DNA of 64,000 nt from NCBI RefSeq assembly GCF_009914755.1, contig NC_060934.1. One strand, 5' to 3'. Of this stretch, positions 1 to 12,700 are shown one piece after another. Source of the DNA: the human T2T-CHM13v2.0 reference genome, Homo sapiens. The first letter of the stretch is position 1. Each line of letters starts with the position of its first letter. The notes under the pieces were generated by a model. The model did no database searches. It worked only from the letters and a program-made list of their open reading frames with translations, and was not told the DNA's origin. Both the position numbers and the translations under genes were made by a program.

Positions 1-1828
1 AGCATGTGAGTATGCATGCTCAGCACAAAGGGCTCAAGGGCTGGCACACAGCAGGTGCACCATCCTTGTGAACAGGGAGGATACAAACTTGGTGGCTTAC
101 TGCCTCATGGTGATCCTGCCCTTCCCACCCCTTCCCCTTCATTCCCATATCAGATCTGTTCTCCAGGCCATGGCGAGTGCATGTGACCGTGGCTGGGAAG
201 GTACCTCATTCCCCTGCCCACCGTGATTGGTCCAGAGGTTGTCCTAATCATCCATGGTAGGCCAGTCAGAGGCCTTCCCTAAGATTCTTTTTGGGGGAAG
301 CTGGGAGAGAGCTTTGATGTGGTTCGATATACCAATACCATTGTGTATTTCAACTCTGAGGGCACAGAGCTGAAAGGATGTAAGCCTGGGTCCTGGGTAG
401 GTAAAGCCTGCCTGGAGCTGGGGAAGATGAGAAGAGGAAGGCCTGCGGAGGGCCCAGTGAACGAGACCTGAGCTCAGCCTCTGTGCCCTGGAGTCCTCCT
501 GCCTTTCCTTCTCTGGGCTGTAGTTCACTTTCTAATAAAGGTCCTTTGGGTTTGGCGGCTTTGTTCTGGGCCTCCTTCACCTGCATCGTGAGGAGCACCA
601 GCAAAGGCCGCCTGACACTGCCCTCACCAAGAAATGAGCACCCCCAGCTTCACAACTTTCCCCTACCCCTGCCAGGAATGAAGGTGCTGTCCTATTCCTG
701 TCCAGCGGGCTCCTGGACAAAGAAGGGAGAGTCTCTCATCTCCAGGCGCTGCTGATCAGACAGATGGAGGGATCATTCTGAGGACCTCAGTGTCTGTCAT
801 TCCCCACTCCTAGATTGAGTGGGGTTATCTCAGGCAAAGAGACAATGGGACAGACGGCCACCGGCACCAGCCCCAGCTCCAATTCTGCCGCTCAGGTGGT
901 GATCACTCTCCCACATCTGCCTCCTGTTACCTTAAAGCAGTGGTTCAATGTGCTAGGCTGGTTTGAAGCAGTTACCCTGGGAGGAAATGCAGCCACTTTT
1001 CCTTTCTAAATTTGTATTTTGGTGACTGAGACAGAACCCTTAGTGTGGCTGTTTTTCTTGTCTTAATTTCATTCGTGGTTTCCCAGTCAGAAGCAAATGA
1101 CAGCAAATCACAATCTCAGCATCGAAATCCCCACGTCTCTTGCTTTAATTTCCAAGTCACAAAAGCATGGGCACTTCTGGTTCATCCCAGTGGGGCAGGG
1201 GAGGGGGGAGACCCACTTCCTTCTAGTGACCCAGGTGCACACTCCCCAGCTCTTCACACCATTTAAAGGATTCTGCCCAAACTGCCAACCATGTGTTACA
1301 AATAAAGCCCTTCCCGAAAATGGATCAAAAACACTTTGTAATGAGTGAAGGAGCTGGTTTAAAAAGGGCCAACATCAAACAAAATCCCAGTCCTGAGTCA
1401 CAGACACTCAAATAGCCCCTTCCAGGGTGGGAATGTCCTCCAAAGCACTTCCATTTGTGTGAGTAGTTCTTCAAGCCAACGTATCCAAATACATACATCT
1501 GATGAGCGGACTTTGCTTGTTTACATACATTATGTACATTCCTTTGATAGTCAATTGTCTAAAGTTGGAACAGTTCGGAGGGAAGAGCTATATAAGGTTT
1601 GCAATGATCTTTGTCCACCAGTTACTGGACAACTGGATCCAAATTCCACAAATAGCTGTGGTTCTTTACCTGCATGGTTCTCCTCCCCTGAGACATCCAG
1701 TGCCATGCATTTTCTCTTGCAGGTCTTTCCTTGCATCACCCCTCCAACCCCAGCAGATATCCTGGCTGAGCCTGTTTTCTCTGTGAGGGGCTACACTGCA
1801 CACTGGGGCTCTTGAAAAGGGCTTGCTG

Positions 1829-2155
1829 GGCTGGGCACGGTGGCTCACGCCTGTAATCCTGACACTTTGGTAGGCCGAGGTGGGTGGATCACCTGAGGTC
1901 AGGTGTTCAAGATCAGCCTGGCCAATATGGTGAAACCCCGTCTCTACTAAAAATACAGAAAAATTAGCTGGGCATGGTGGTGTGCACCTGTAATGCCAGC
2001 TACTCAGGAGGCTGAGGCAGGAGAATCACTTGAACCCGGGAGGCAGAGGTTCCAGTGAGCCAAGATGGCACCATTGTACTTCAGCCTAGGCGACAGAGAG
2101 AGACTCCAATTCAAAAAAAGAAAAAGAGAAAAAAAAAAAAAAGAAAAAAAAGAAA
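1829..2155 (+). mobile_element. Full-length Alu (AluS-like) with A-tail
   Basis: Starts GGCTGGGCACGGTGGCTCACGCC, dimeric body, A-rich tail; imperfect TSD AAAGGGCTTGCTG / AAAGGGCTTCCTG. Confidence 0.95.
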
Positions 2156-4489
2156 GGGCTTCCTGCAGGGACAGTCAGTGCAGGAAAGGGCCTCTTTCGT
2201 ACTCCCACTGCCCCTACGCATCTCCTGGGTAGAGGTCGCTGCTCCAGAGAGCAAACTATTTCCTCATCTGTGTGCCATTCCACTACAAGCCCCACAGGGG
2301 CCTGCAACGAGTCCCATAAATCCATCTCCAGGCCCTGCACCCACAAACTGGCAAAGGAAGTTTCAGGAAAAGTCTTTCTAATAGGAGTCTGTGGGCTGCC
2401 TCTGGTTCGTTTCTTTAGGAATTCTCCTCCATGCCCTTCTTGACACAAAAGGGCCTGAAGGGTTCCAGTTCTCAACAGGAGCTCCCAGGGGCTCCTGGCA
2501 GGAGGATGTTCTGCCTCTTTGGAGGAAAGCAAGAGCTAAGGAGCCCCTCCTGTTTTAGTTGCACCTCCATCCCCTTTCTCCACCCTGCACCATTCCCTTA
2601 CCCTCTATGTGAGGCAAAGCCTGAAGTCCCTCCTTCCCGCCCTCTCTCCTGCCCACTAGTAGATTACACTCCCTGCTGCAGTTACACCATGATGCCTCTG
2701 CCATGCTGACAACTAGTGTCACACAGGAGCGTAATCAGAAGCACCTGGCATTCAACCCCGGTACCGATGGCCCCCACCTTTTCATTTCAGGCTTCTTCCT
2801 CCAGAGTGCTTGAGGCTCCCTGGCCTCCTGGCCTCTCCCAGGTCCAAGGCGCTGACTCCAGCTCTTGGCTCCAACATTTACAGGAACACTGGGACTAAGA
2901 AAATCAATTGTGTTAATCAGCAAAACCCTCCACTTGAGATGCTATCCTAAAAGCAAACCATATGTAAAACACTTAACGTGGGGAGCTCTGTAATATGTTT
3001 CTTTTGTTACACGACCATCACACATTTGTCCGGAGTTTGGGGCTTTCAAACCACATAAGGTTTTATGTGATCGTTATAAAATCCCTTCATTTCCCAAAGG
3101 TAGGGTAGTAAGGATTAAGTTTGACTACTGAAGGCAGCTTTGTTGTAAGTGGTCTCTAATGTCACAAAAGTAGCTTGGGAAGACAGGCTTATTAAACAAA
3201 TTTCTTGGGTTGCAAATCATTAGAAGCAATCGCATGTCATGTTCATTTGCTTAACCCGAAAGGTATCCATTTGGATGTTTAAAGAAACTATGCAGATTAA
3301 CATTGTTCCCAGTGCCCACAAGAAAGCTGGCTGATCTTAAAGGAAATCCAGGGAGCTCCTTGAGGAAGTCGGACTGCAGTTGAGCATACCCTTTTGTGGT
3401 TTTCCCACCTCTTTTGTAAAAAGTTCTTCATAGGAATCTGTGTCTGGAGGAAAAGGGGTTGTGATTTGTTAATCTGAAGATGGGAGACCTCAAAGGAATC
3501 TCACCCAACCAGTCCTGCACTGTCATCCTATGAACAGAGAAGTCAGGTGGTTGCTCAGTGAGGGGCAGGGCTGGCACCACATCCGAGCCTCCCTGTCCTG
3601 TGTTCCTTACTCTTCAGTGGACCCGGCGACCTCCCGGCTTTGGAGCCATCCTGTGTTCCTTTAACAGTAGGACGAACACACAGGCGATGATGAGATTGTA
3701 ATGGGACAAGGGGGAGAGGCGTGGGGAGCTCTTGATGAAAACTTGGGTTTTTGAAATTACCATGATGAAGGGAGGAGCTTGCACCAGCAGGTGTAAGGAG
3801 TGTGAGTTTGAGTTCTGCTCATCAGACAGCCTAAGCAGTCACATCCTTGAATCCTGGTCTTTTGCAGGCCAGTCCTTGGTCAGGTGGTGGCCTTTTTCCT
3901 CTTTCCCCTCTGCACTGAGACCCTTATTTGGCTCCTGATCCTGGAGCCCCTGACACAGTCCTTACCACTGAAGTAGCTGTGGCCCTTCACATAGTTCTTC
4001 CCACCACGCCAGCAAGGGGACTGAGTTCTTTCAGTACAGCCAGGGCCAGGTCCACACATCTCCCTGGGAAGCCAGCACTTTCTCTCGTGGACCGCCTCCC
4101 CATTCCCACAGGGCCCTCCTAAAGGGCCTTTGGATGACCACATTGGCCTTTCTTTCCTAGGGTGGGGAATTAGAGATGCTAAGACTGGCCAGTCTCTTTT
4201 TCTTAAGAGTTTAGGGATTCGTCTTAAAATATTATTCAGATAAACGTATGAGTCATGTGTTAACTGCAAAACTACTTAACAGCACACTTGTTAGAATACC
4301 AGTCGGCACTCTGATTCCATTTCGGCATTGTTTTTCCTTTGGTTCTATTAAGATCCCGGTTCTAACTGGGTCCTGGTAGTAACAGGCTGTAAGTGGCCAG
4401 GTGTATAGCATTATTTCTTAGTAGTGTGGTGTGGTGCTGGTGGTTTATTTTCCCTATGCACACATGCCCTAATATGGAAGGATAGTTTG

Positions 4490-4610
4490 TACACACGTAG
4501 GGTACGTTATCATGAGACTCCTTTACAGAGTATGAAACTGAGGATTAGAGAAGTCAGACGAGTTTCCCGAAGTCTTATAGAAGGCTAATGGAAAAAACCA
4601 GAGCCAAGGG
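4490..4610. mobile_element. MIR fragment
   Basis: Core-like TTTACAGAGTATGAAACTGAGGATTAGAGAAG. Confidence 0.55.
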
Positions 4611-5177
4611 CAAACATGTTTCATCTGTCCTTCCACATTAGTTTAAATGTGAATGGCTGCTTGGAACACAGTGTTGAGAAGGATTCCGAGGCTGTGTCCA
4701 GGTTCAGTGGGGAAAAAGTGCCTTGATTTGACCATTATATCGTGTACTCAGGGCCTAGTTTATTTCCCACAAGCAGCTATTTAAAACATGTCTCATCCAA
4801 GGCAGGGTCGGGGTGGGGAACCTCAGAGGATCAATGATGCAGCCTGTATTGTCACCAGGGCTCATCCCAAAGCAAATCCTGCTGAAGTTCTCCTCTGAAC
4901 AACCCTTATCACTCATGCTAATATGTTGGATCCTGCAAGTCACAAATACGAAGGTATGAGCATTGGCCGAATCCCAACAGGGAAACTTCACCGGGAAGGT
5001 GAAGACCCCTTTCCATTAAGATAACAAACAGAACCTAGAAGGCCCGTAGCATGGTGGCTTAGAACATGTGGGCCTTGGATGGGATCCTGCCAAGGGGTGT
5101 GTGACCTCTCCGAAGCCTCCAGGGATGATACTACTCCCTGGGGTGCTTATGCCAACCACGTTAGAGACAATGGTTTC

Positions 5178-5581
5178 TGTACCCATTGCCTGGGGCTGCC
5201 ATAATAAAGTGCCACACACTGAGTGGCTTAAAACAACAGAAACCTATTGTCTCACACTTCTGGGGGCCAGAAGTTTGAAACCCAGGTGTGTTAGGATCCT
5301 GCTCCCTCTGAAGGCTCCAGGGAAGAGTGTCCTCTGCTCCCTCCGAAGGCTCCAGGGAAGGGTCTGTCCTCTTAGGCTTCTGGTGGCTTGCAGGTGCAGC
5401 CCTCCAATCCTCCTCCCCAAGCGGCCTTCTGCCTATAAGGACACGAGTCATACTGGATGAGGGGCCCACTAATTGATGGCTTCTGTAAAGTCCCCATCTC
5501 CAAATAAGGTCACATTGTGAGGTACTGGGAGTTAGGACTCCAACATAGCTTCTCTGGTGGACACAATTCAACTCCTAATAA
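5178..5581 (-). mobile_element. MaLR solo LTR (MLT1B/C-like), antisense, forming the distal MGMT promoter
   Basis: Reverse-complement MLT1 hallmarks: GCTGCCATAATAAAGTGCCAC, GGCTTAAAACAACAGAAA, TCTCCAAATAAGGTCACATT, GGACACAATTCAAC. Confidence 0.85.
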
Positions 5582-6149
5582 CGTCCACACAACCCCAAGC
5601 AGGGCCTGGCACCCTGTGTGCTCTCTGGAGAGCGGCTGAGTCAGGCTCTGGCAGTGTCTAGGCCATCGGTGACTGCAGCCCCTGGACGGCATCGCCCACC
5701 ACAGGCCCTGGAGGCTGCCCCCACGGCCCCCTGACAGGGTCTCTGCTGGTCTGGGGGTCCCTGACTAGGGGAGCGGCCCCAGGAGGGGAGAGACTCGCGC
5801 TCCGGGCTCAGCGTAGCCGCCCCGAGCAGGACCGGGATTCTCACTAAGCGGGCGCCGTCCTACGACCCCCGCGCGCTTTCAGGACCACTCGGGCACGTGG
5901 CAGGTCGCTTGCACGCCCGCGGACTATCCCTGTGACAGGAAAAGGTACGGGCCATTTGACAAACTAAGGCACAGAGCCTCAGGCGGAAGCTGGGAAGGCG
6001 CCGCCCGGCTTGTACCGGCCGAAGGGCCATCCGGGTCAGGCGCACAGGGCAGCGGCGCTGCCGGAGGACCAGGGCCGGCGTGCCGGCGTCCAGCGAGGAT
6101 GCGCAGACTGCCTCAGGCCCGGCGCCGCCGCACTGGGCATGCGCCGACC

Positions 6150-6322
6150 CGGTCGGGCGGGAACACCCCGCCCCGCCCGGGCTCCGCCCCAGCTCCGCCC
6201 CCGCGCGCCCCGGCCCCGCCCCCGCGCGCTCTCTTGCTTTTCTCAGGTCCTCGGCTCCGCCCCGCTCTAGACCCCGCCCCACGCCGCCATCCCCGTGCCC
6301 CTCGGCCCCGCCCCCGCGCCCC
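6150..6322 (+). promoter_or_regulatory. MGMT: TATA-less core promoter with clustered GC boxes (SP1/KLF); G-quadruplex-capable on the minus strand
   Basis: About 8-9 CCGCCC/GGGCGG motifs and many C3-C5 runs just upstream of exon 1. Confidence 0.85.
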
Positions 6323-6407
6323 GGATATGCTGGGACAGCCCGCGCCCCTAGAACGCTTTGCGTCCCGACGCCCGCAGGTCCTCGCGGTGCGCACCGTTTG
6401 CGACTTG
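6248..6407 (+). other. MGMT: MGMT exon 1 (5' UTR; TSS heterogeneous, about 6248-6352)
   Basis: Recognised sequence GAACGCTTTGCGTCCCGACGCCCGCAGGTCCTCGCGGTGCGCACCGTTTGCGACTTG followed by donor GTGAGT at 6408; 5' end is from recall, not visible in sequence. Confidence 0.93.
6327..6407 (+). CDS. MGMT: First 27 codons (MLGQPAPLERFASRRPQVLAVRTVCDL) of the long 238-aa annotated MGMT isoform; phase-0 splice to exon 2 outside the window
   Basis: ATG at 6327, 81 nt to the donor; peptide matches the recalled N-terminal extension (continuing VLGK-MDKDCEM in exon 2). In vivo translation uncertain. Confidence 0.7.
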
Positions 6408-6450
6408 GTGAGTGTCTGGGTCGCCTCGCTCCCGGAAGAGTGCGGAGCTC
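6392..6450 (+). promoter_or_regulatory. MGMT: 59-bp exon 1/intron 1 enhancer of MGMT
   Basis: Last 59 bp of the 1157-bp fragment, spanning the splice donor; function from the literature; ETS-like CCGGAAG at about 6432. Confidence 0.7.
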
Positions 6451-7475
6451 TCCCTCGGGACGGTGGCAGCCTCGAGTGGTCCTGCAGGCGCCCTCACTTC
6501 GCCGTCGGGTGGGGGGCCGCCCTGACCCCCACCCATCCCGGGCGAGCTCCAGGTGCGCCCCAAGTGCCTCCCAGGTGTTGCCCAGCCTTTCCCCGGGCCT
6601 GGGGTTCCTGGACTAGGCTGCGCTGCAGTGACTGTGGACTGGCGTGTGGCGGGGGTCGTGGCAGCCCCTGCCTTACCTCTAGGTGCCAGCCCCAGGCCTG
6701 GGCCCCGGGTTCTTCCTACCCTTCCATGCTGCCAGCTTTCCCTCCGCCAGCTGCTCCAGGAAGCTTCCAGAAGCCCCTGCGCGGGCCTTGGCTTGCAGCA
6801 ACCCTTTAGCATACTTAGGCAGAGTCCCATATTTCCTTCCTGCTGGAGGCCAAGTTCTAGGGGCCTTCTGGTTACTATGGCTGGTGTTTGTGTACATCAT
6901 ACCCTAACTGTATTCATCAACACTTAGAGTAAGCAAGGCTCGCTGGAGAGCCACACACACTGGGCACCGTAATGTCGGTTATAACACCGCAGAGGAGTTC
7001 TGAACTATGTATTTCGCACTCCTGGGTTCATCATCTCCTGAAATCTCAGGGTGGTGTTTGCTCTCAGTTGCTTCAGCTGAGTAGCTGGCTTTCTGTCCTG
7101 GAAAGCAGACTTTGTACATGTGTGTGCAACCTATGCCTGCTGAGATCATCATCAGACAGGGAAGCGGCTTGGTCCAGAGAGCTGTTCTCAGTAGAATGTT
7201 AAGCACAGAGAGCTGAGAATTAGACTGGTTATTTACATAGACATCCAAATAGAAACCTATAGAGTATCTGTTAAGTCAGGCTCTCCCGTCATCTCCCCCA
7301 TCCCTGGGCAGGTGTCTAGGAGATGGTTTTGTTATTTTCAGGGCCCTCTCAATGGCTAAAACACTCTGGGAGATGAACAAGATTTTAAAAACCCAAAGCT
7401 TAGCGCACCTGGTGGGTGGGGGTGTGAAAACTTTGAAGGAAACCGCGTCAAGAGCCTGGCTGATTGTTAATATCA

Positions 7476-8018
<543 letters not shown>

Positions 8019-8817
8019 TCAAAATAAGGATTTAACTAATAGTATTAGGCACTACTTTAAAAAGGCTTTGCTGTTAGTAAGGTTGAAAGAAATAGAGCCC
8101 TAGGTATACATTGGGTAGCACCTTGTTCAGCTGCTCAGATTCTTGAACCTTGTTGAGGTCTTACTTTGATATCACCTGGGCCTTACTTTTCGTTGTTTGG
8201 GTTTCCTCCCCAGGTGTCTCAATCAGGGCCTCCTCTGTCCTTTTGCAGGGAAGAAGGGGGTAGGAAGGGCCTGAAAAAGAACTTGCCTTCCCCATTGCCC
8301 CCTCAGAGTTTGTTCCTCTCCAGTCCTCTTCCCACCCTTTCTTAGGACACCAAAACCCTGACTCTTTCAGTATTTTATAATAAAATAAAGTTACTAAATT
8401 GTCTGTTCTGTTTTGCAGAGGACACACATTTAGGAGCCAGTGATTCAGACCTTCCATTTTTCTTTTTGGTGCTAATGCTCTTTTCAGTATATTCTCTTTG
8501 ATAGAAAAAAAATGGAGGCAAAACTGAATTTTCTGCATTATCTTTTCCTTTAGCATTATTCTTGTTTTTGCACTTCATTCTGACCCCCTTCCCCAGCATA
8601 AAGTTCCATGTCCAGATCCACTTGCCCTGAGATTTTTGACTTCCGTTTGGGACTCTAGTCCCTCCAGGGGACACATTGAGCCTCCCAGACCCTGCAGGGC
8701 CCTGTGCTCATTCGGCTCTTGGGCTGTTGCTACGGTCCTTCCTGACCCTCTGTTTCCTGGGACAAGTAGTTTTTAATGCAGCTACTTTCTGAAAGAGCTG
8801 GGGTCTTACCGCAGAAT

Positions 8818-9122
8818 ATTATTTTATTATTTTTAGAGACAAGGTCTTGGTCTTTCGCCCAGGCTGGAGTGCAGTGGTGAGATCATAGCTCCCTGCAGCC
8901 TCAAGCTCCTGGGCTCAAGCGAACCTCCTGCTTTGACCTCCCAAGTACCAGGGACTACAGGTGTGCGCCACCATACCTGGCTAATTGTTGTTGTTGTTGT
9001 TTTTAGAGGCCAGGGTCTCCGTATGTTGCCTAGGGTGGTCTCGAACTCCTGGACTCAAGTGATCTTCCCTCCTAGGCCTCCCAAAGTGCTGGAATTATAG
9101 GCATGAGCCACCATGCCTGGCC
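8818..9122 (-). mobile_element. Alu (AluJ-like)
   Basis: Reverse Alu with J-type GATCATAGCTC...CTCCTGGGCTCAAGCG; TSD CGCAGAATATTA / CGCAGGATATTA. Confidence 0.93.
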
Positions 9123-12100
9123 TCGCAGGATATTATTTAAACGAAACCTGAAGGATTTAAAATCAGAGAAGACACATAAACCATCACCTGACTGTGGGGT
9201 GAGAGTGGTCTTTATATAGACACTCATGATGCACAAGCCAGCCCTTCGCCCCACTCTTGTTTTGAAGTGAAAGGATTTATATGGGAGGGAGGAGGTTTGA
9301 GCTGTGCAGGAGGGTCCTTGGTTGGCATGAGGATTTTGTGAACCTATGCTGTTAGCTCTGCAGGCCTGTCTTGGGCATAGGTAAGTAGAAGTTGGAGACC
9401 TTGTGTTGTGGACCAAATGTTGCAAGATGTGTGTTCTGTGGCTTTTCATTAACTGCTGCATATCTGCTGGTTGGTGGACATAGTCTAGTTTTCTTTTGAC
9501 TTAAAAAAATTAACAGTACAGCTTATATCGGAGGGCTGCATAGTTTGGGGGAAACTAATGAATATAGTATGGAATGTAATGAATGACTGACTTCTTCATA
9601 GAGCTATTGAAGTGATTTATGAAGAGGAAGAAATCATTTTTGTGACTTTGTTGATCTTTGAAGTATTAGAGTGGCTTTGGCAGGTGTGGATCACCCGGAA
9701 AGGAATCAAACACTGAGTCCTGCCAAGGTGCTCGGTCCCAGCAGCAAAGCCAGTCCTCAGCAGCCTGCGCTCCCGAAGCTCCTCCAGCTAAGTGACTGAA
9801 TAGGCCGCCCTGGGAGCTGCCCATGCGGATGCTCTGAATGGTGAAACTTGGTTTTGACACCACAAGTTGTTTTCAGTTAAATCAGTGGCTCAGCAGCAGA
9901 GCAGGGTTCTCCAAGGAGGCCTCGTGTCCCCTTCACCCCACCTGGAGGTAGCTGTTCTAAAACCAGTAAAAAATTCTACAAAAACATTTTCTTAGGGTTG
10001 TTAAATTAGTCATAGTGTGTGTAACCATGAAAGGAATGGTGAGAGTGCAATAAATGCCTGGTGTGTTCACTCTCCTACTCCTAAAAGTTTCTTGGTAGAA
10101 TAATTTCCTACCTGTGATGCTTGCGAAGTCAGCAGAGTCTCCCACCCAGCCCTGCCGCCCATTCCCAGAAGTCTGGGCTGGGGGACACCGAATGGATAGT
10201 CCACCAGCGGCGTGGCTTGTGAAAGGAGGTACTTGTTAAATCTATGTGTTTTTATTATAGACATCGTTCTGCCAGTCGCAATAATGTGTTTATGGACATT
10301 TTTCTGCAAGCACAGCGCGGGTGGCAGTTTTTACTGACAAATTGAGTCATATGCGTAGAGGTTTAGAAAGCGCTTGCCTTATTGACGGATCAGGCAATTC
10401 TGGCACGGGATGTTCAGAGATATTTAGGTGGGTGAAGAGAGTGAATGAATCTCAGGGCAGAGAAGGAGATGGGGCATTATATGTTGAAATGCAATAAATA
10501 ATCGCTAGTTATTTATCATTTGTTTTTAAACTTTTAGCTACATTGTACTTCCCAGTCAAGAGGACTCCGGTGGGCAGCCGGGGATATCATGTTCAGGTGT
10601 CTCTCCTGCTTGTGTGGGGTAAGAGCCACTACTGGAATGCGATTCCAGCAAGGCCTGACGAGTCACAGCCCCTTGAACCTGTTGCTTTCCGTAAAGTGGG
10701 ATCTTCACAGGCAACAGTGGAGGAGCGTTTGAGGGTGACCTGGGCCCTCTGCATCAGAATTACTGTGGGTGCTGGCTAGAGAGGTCTCTCGATTGCAGGG
10801 CCCCATGGGAGACCTACAGGACCAGAACCTGGGGATGCCAGGGGATTCTGGCAGACCCTAATGCTTGAGCACCTCTAGGGAAGGCCTTAGGATCCTCTGG
10901 GAAGTAGCACTCTCCAGCCCAGGCAAGATCCGAGTCCCCCTTCCAGAAGGATCCATCGGCAGTTGGCATTGCTGCAGGTTTTCTGTGCATATGGGTCTGA
11001 GTACGGTTTTGTAACTCCTGAGAGACGTGAATCTCTTCAAATTGCAAACCCAACATGTTATCATTGCTTTTGAGTTTTCAGTTTTGTGGTTATGACAAGA
11101 TGCAGATGTTACCAAAACTTTGGCGTCAGTTTTACAAACACACGCGAAGCACGGGCAACCCGTATCATATTTCACCCCTTCTTTCCTTTTGAGAGGGTTG
11201 TCTTGTTTTTAATCCCCCTCTGGGTCAAGGCATTTTCCTGGTCTCAGGTGAGGGTGCACTTTCAGAGGCACAGCTGAATACATTTTGTGGGACTGAATTG
11301 AGCTTTTCTACAGGAAGTGCCAGGCCGTGTGTGGGAGTGATGCTGTTTCCTAGCTGGGTCCCCCTGGGCAACTCTTAGCCCTCCAGGCACCTCCTCATCC
11401 ATTGGGTGGGGACGATTATGCTTATTCGGTCTACCCGGGTAAGTATAGGCACACGAGACAGTAAATACATATTTTTTTAAAAGTAAAATTTCTATCCACT
11501 ACATGGATAGAAATTTTAATTTGGAGCTGAGTCTCACGGAAGGATGAAACGAGAAGACGGCGAAGAACCATTTCGAGCCCTCGTTTTCCCCCCAGTCCAA
11601 TCCGAATCTGTATTTTGCAGATCTGCACACACCCAAGCCCTCACTGGGGGCATGTGCACGGTGGTCAGAAGTGCACCTTCTGGGAACAGATCGGCTTCCG
11701 TTTGGACCTGCTTTACAAGTTACAATCCTGTGCCCTTGAGCAGAGTTACTTAACCTTCCAAGGCCAGATTTCTCCAAAAGCAGGGCCAGGGACAGTTCCC
11801 ATCCAGAAGGAGGCCTGGCGCTGGGGAGGCCTGAATGAAGGCGGTTGGTGTTTGCGGATGCAGAGTCGCTCTGTTTTGGTGGAGGCAGGACTGGAGGTCG
11901 GGATCACTTGGCCACATTTGCCACCTCTGGTGCGTCTGAGGTCACAGTGCATTGTCTGTGTGCAGCATAAGGTAGTTCCCTATTCATTTACTAGGTCCCT
12001 GAAGTCCTTTTGTCTGTAAAGAGGCTACTGGCTCTGCCACCTGCTTCTGTCTTTTCACAGTAGACATTCTCGACGTGGCAGCATTCTAAAGGTTCAGGTG

Positions 12101-12519
12101 TGCCACATCGGCCTAGAGTGGGCAGGTGGGCTTCATGTGTGCTCCTAGGGGCACTTGGCAGTTGCTGATAGCCCGAGACACTGGGAGCCTTGACATTATT
12201 CATCTGTTATATTGAAAGAACTTCCCAAAGGACGGACACAGGATCTGACACGATGGCAGTGGCCAGGAACCAGCAGTGACACCAGCATGTGACAGTATTT
12301 TCCCATGTGTGACGGCCGTTTAGATCACAGCAGTGAGGGGTAACGCAGGTCCGCTGGGTAAACTTGGTCAAAAATGGGAAGTCTGCAGCATTTCGTGTGT
12401 TTGTGGAAATGGGCCTTATTTTTATTTGGGGTGTCTCCTTAATCTCCTGTCATGGTTCAGCTCACCCTGGTGGTTATTCTGGGCGTGCTGCGCTTGTTGC
12501 CTTGTACAGACCAACTTAG

Positions 12520-12700
12520 GAAAGGCTCACCACCACCCCATGAAGGAGAAGGCGCTGTGAGTGTCTTTATTTTGCATATGAGGAACCCGGGCCTCGGAGA
12601 GTTTGAGTGACTTGCACAGGTCTCCTGGGATAGAGGTAGAGTTTTGTTTTCAACCCAGATTTATTTGATAACCAAGTGCAGGCTTATAACCACTTGTGCC
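12520..12700. mobile_element. MIR fragment
   Basis: TTTTGCATATGAGGAACCCGGGCCTCGGAGAGTTTGAGTGACTTGCACAGG...TTCAACCCAGAT. Confidence 0.65.

Larger units (their letters stand above)
5294..6450 (+). promoter_or_regulatory. MGMT: Classical 1157-bp MGMT promoter fragment (BamHI-SstI)
   Basis: GGATCC at 5294 and GAGCTC ending 6450 span exactly 1157 bp, matching the recalled cloned promoter; AP-1-like CGAGTCA 5444-5450, AP-1 TGAGTCA 5637-5643, kB-like GTAAAGTCCCC 5485-5495, TGTCCT half-sites 5328 and 5365. Confidence 0.9.
5796..6557. promoter_or_regulatory. MGMT: MGMT CpG island
   Basis: Very GC- and CpG-dense 762-bp block; contains the targets of the standard methylation-specific PCR assay (TCCCGACGCCCGCAGGTCCTCGC; CGCCTCGCTCCCGGAAGAGTGC). 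Confidence 0.95.

Noticed and set aside
244-1848. Upstream ORFs as a possible pseudogene or ERV remnant
   Set aside because: No recognisable protein family, poly-A/TSD or LTR context by eye; a tBLASTx/Dfam search would be needed
5860-6927. Overlapping 120-236-aa ORFs in the CpG island
   Set aside because: Stop-codon scarcity in GC-rich DNA; only 6327-6407 matches MGMT, and the rest reads through the splice donor
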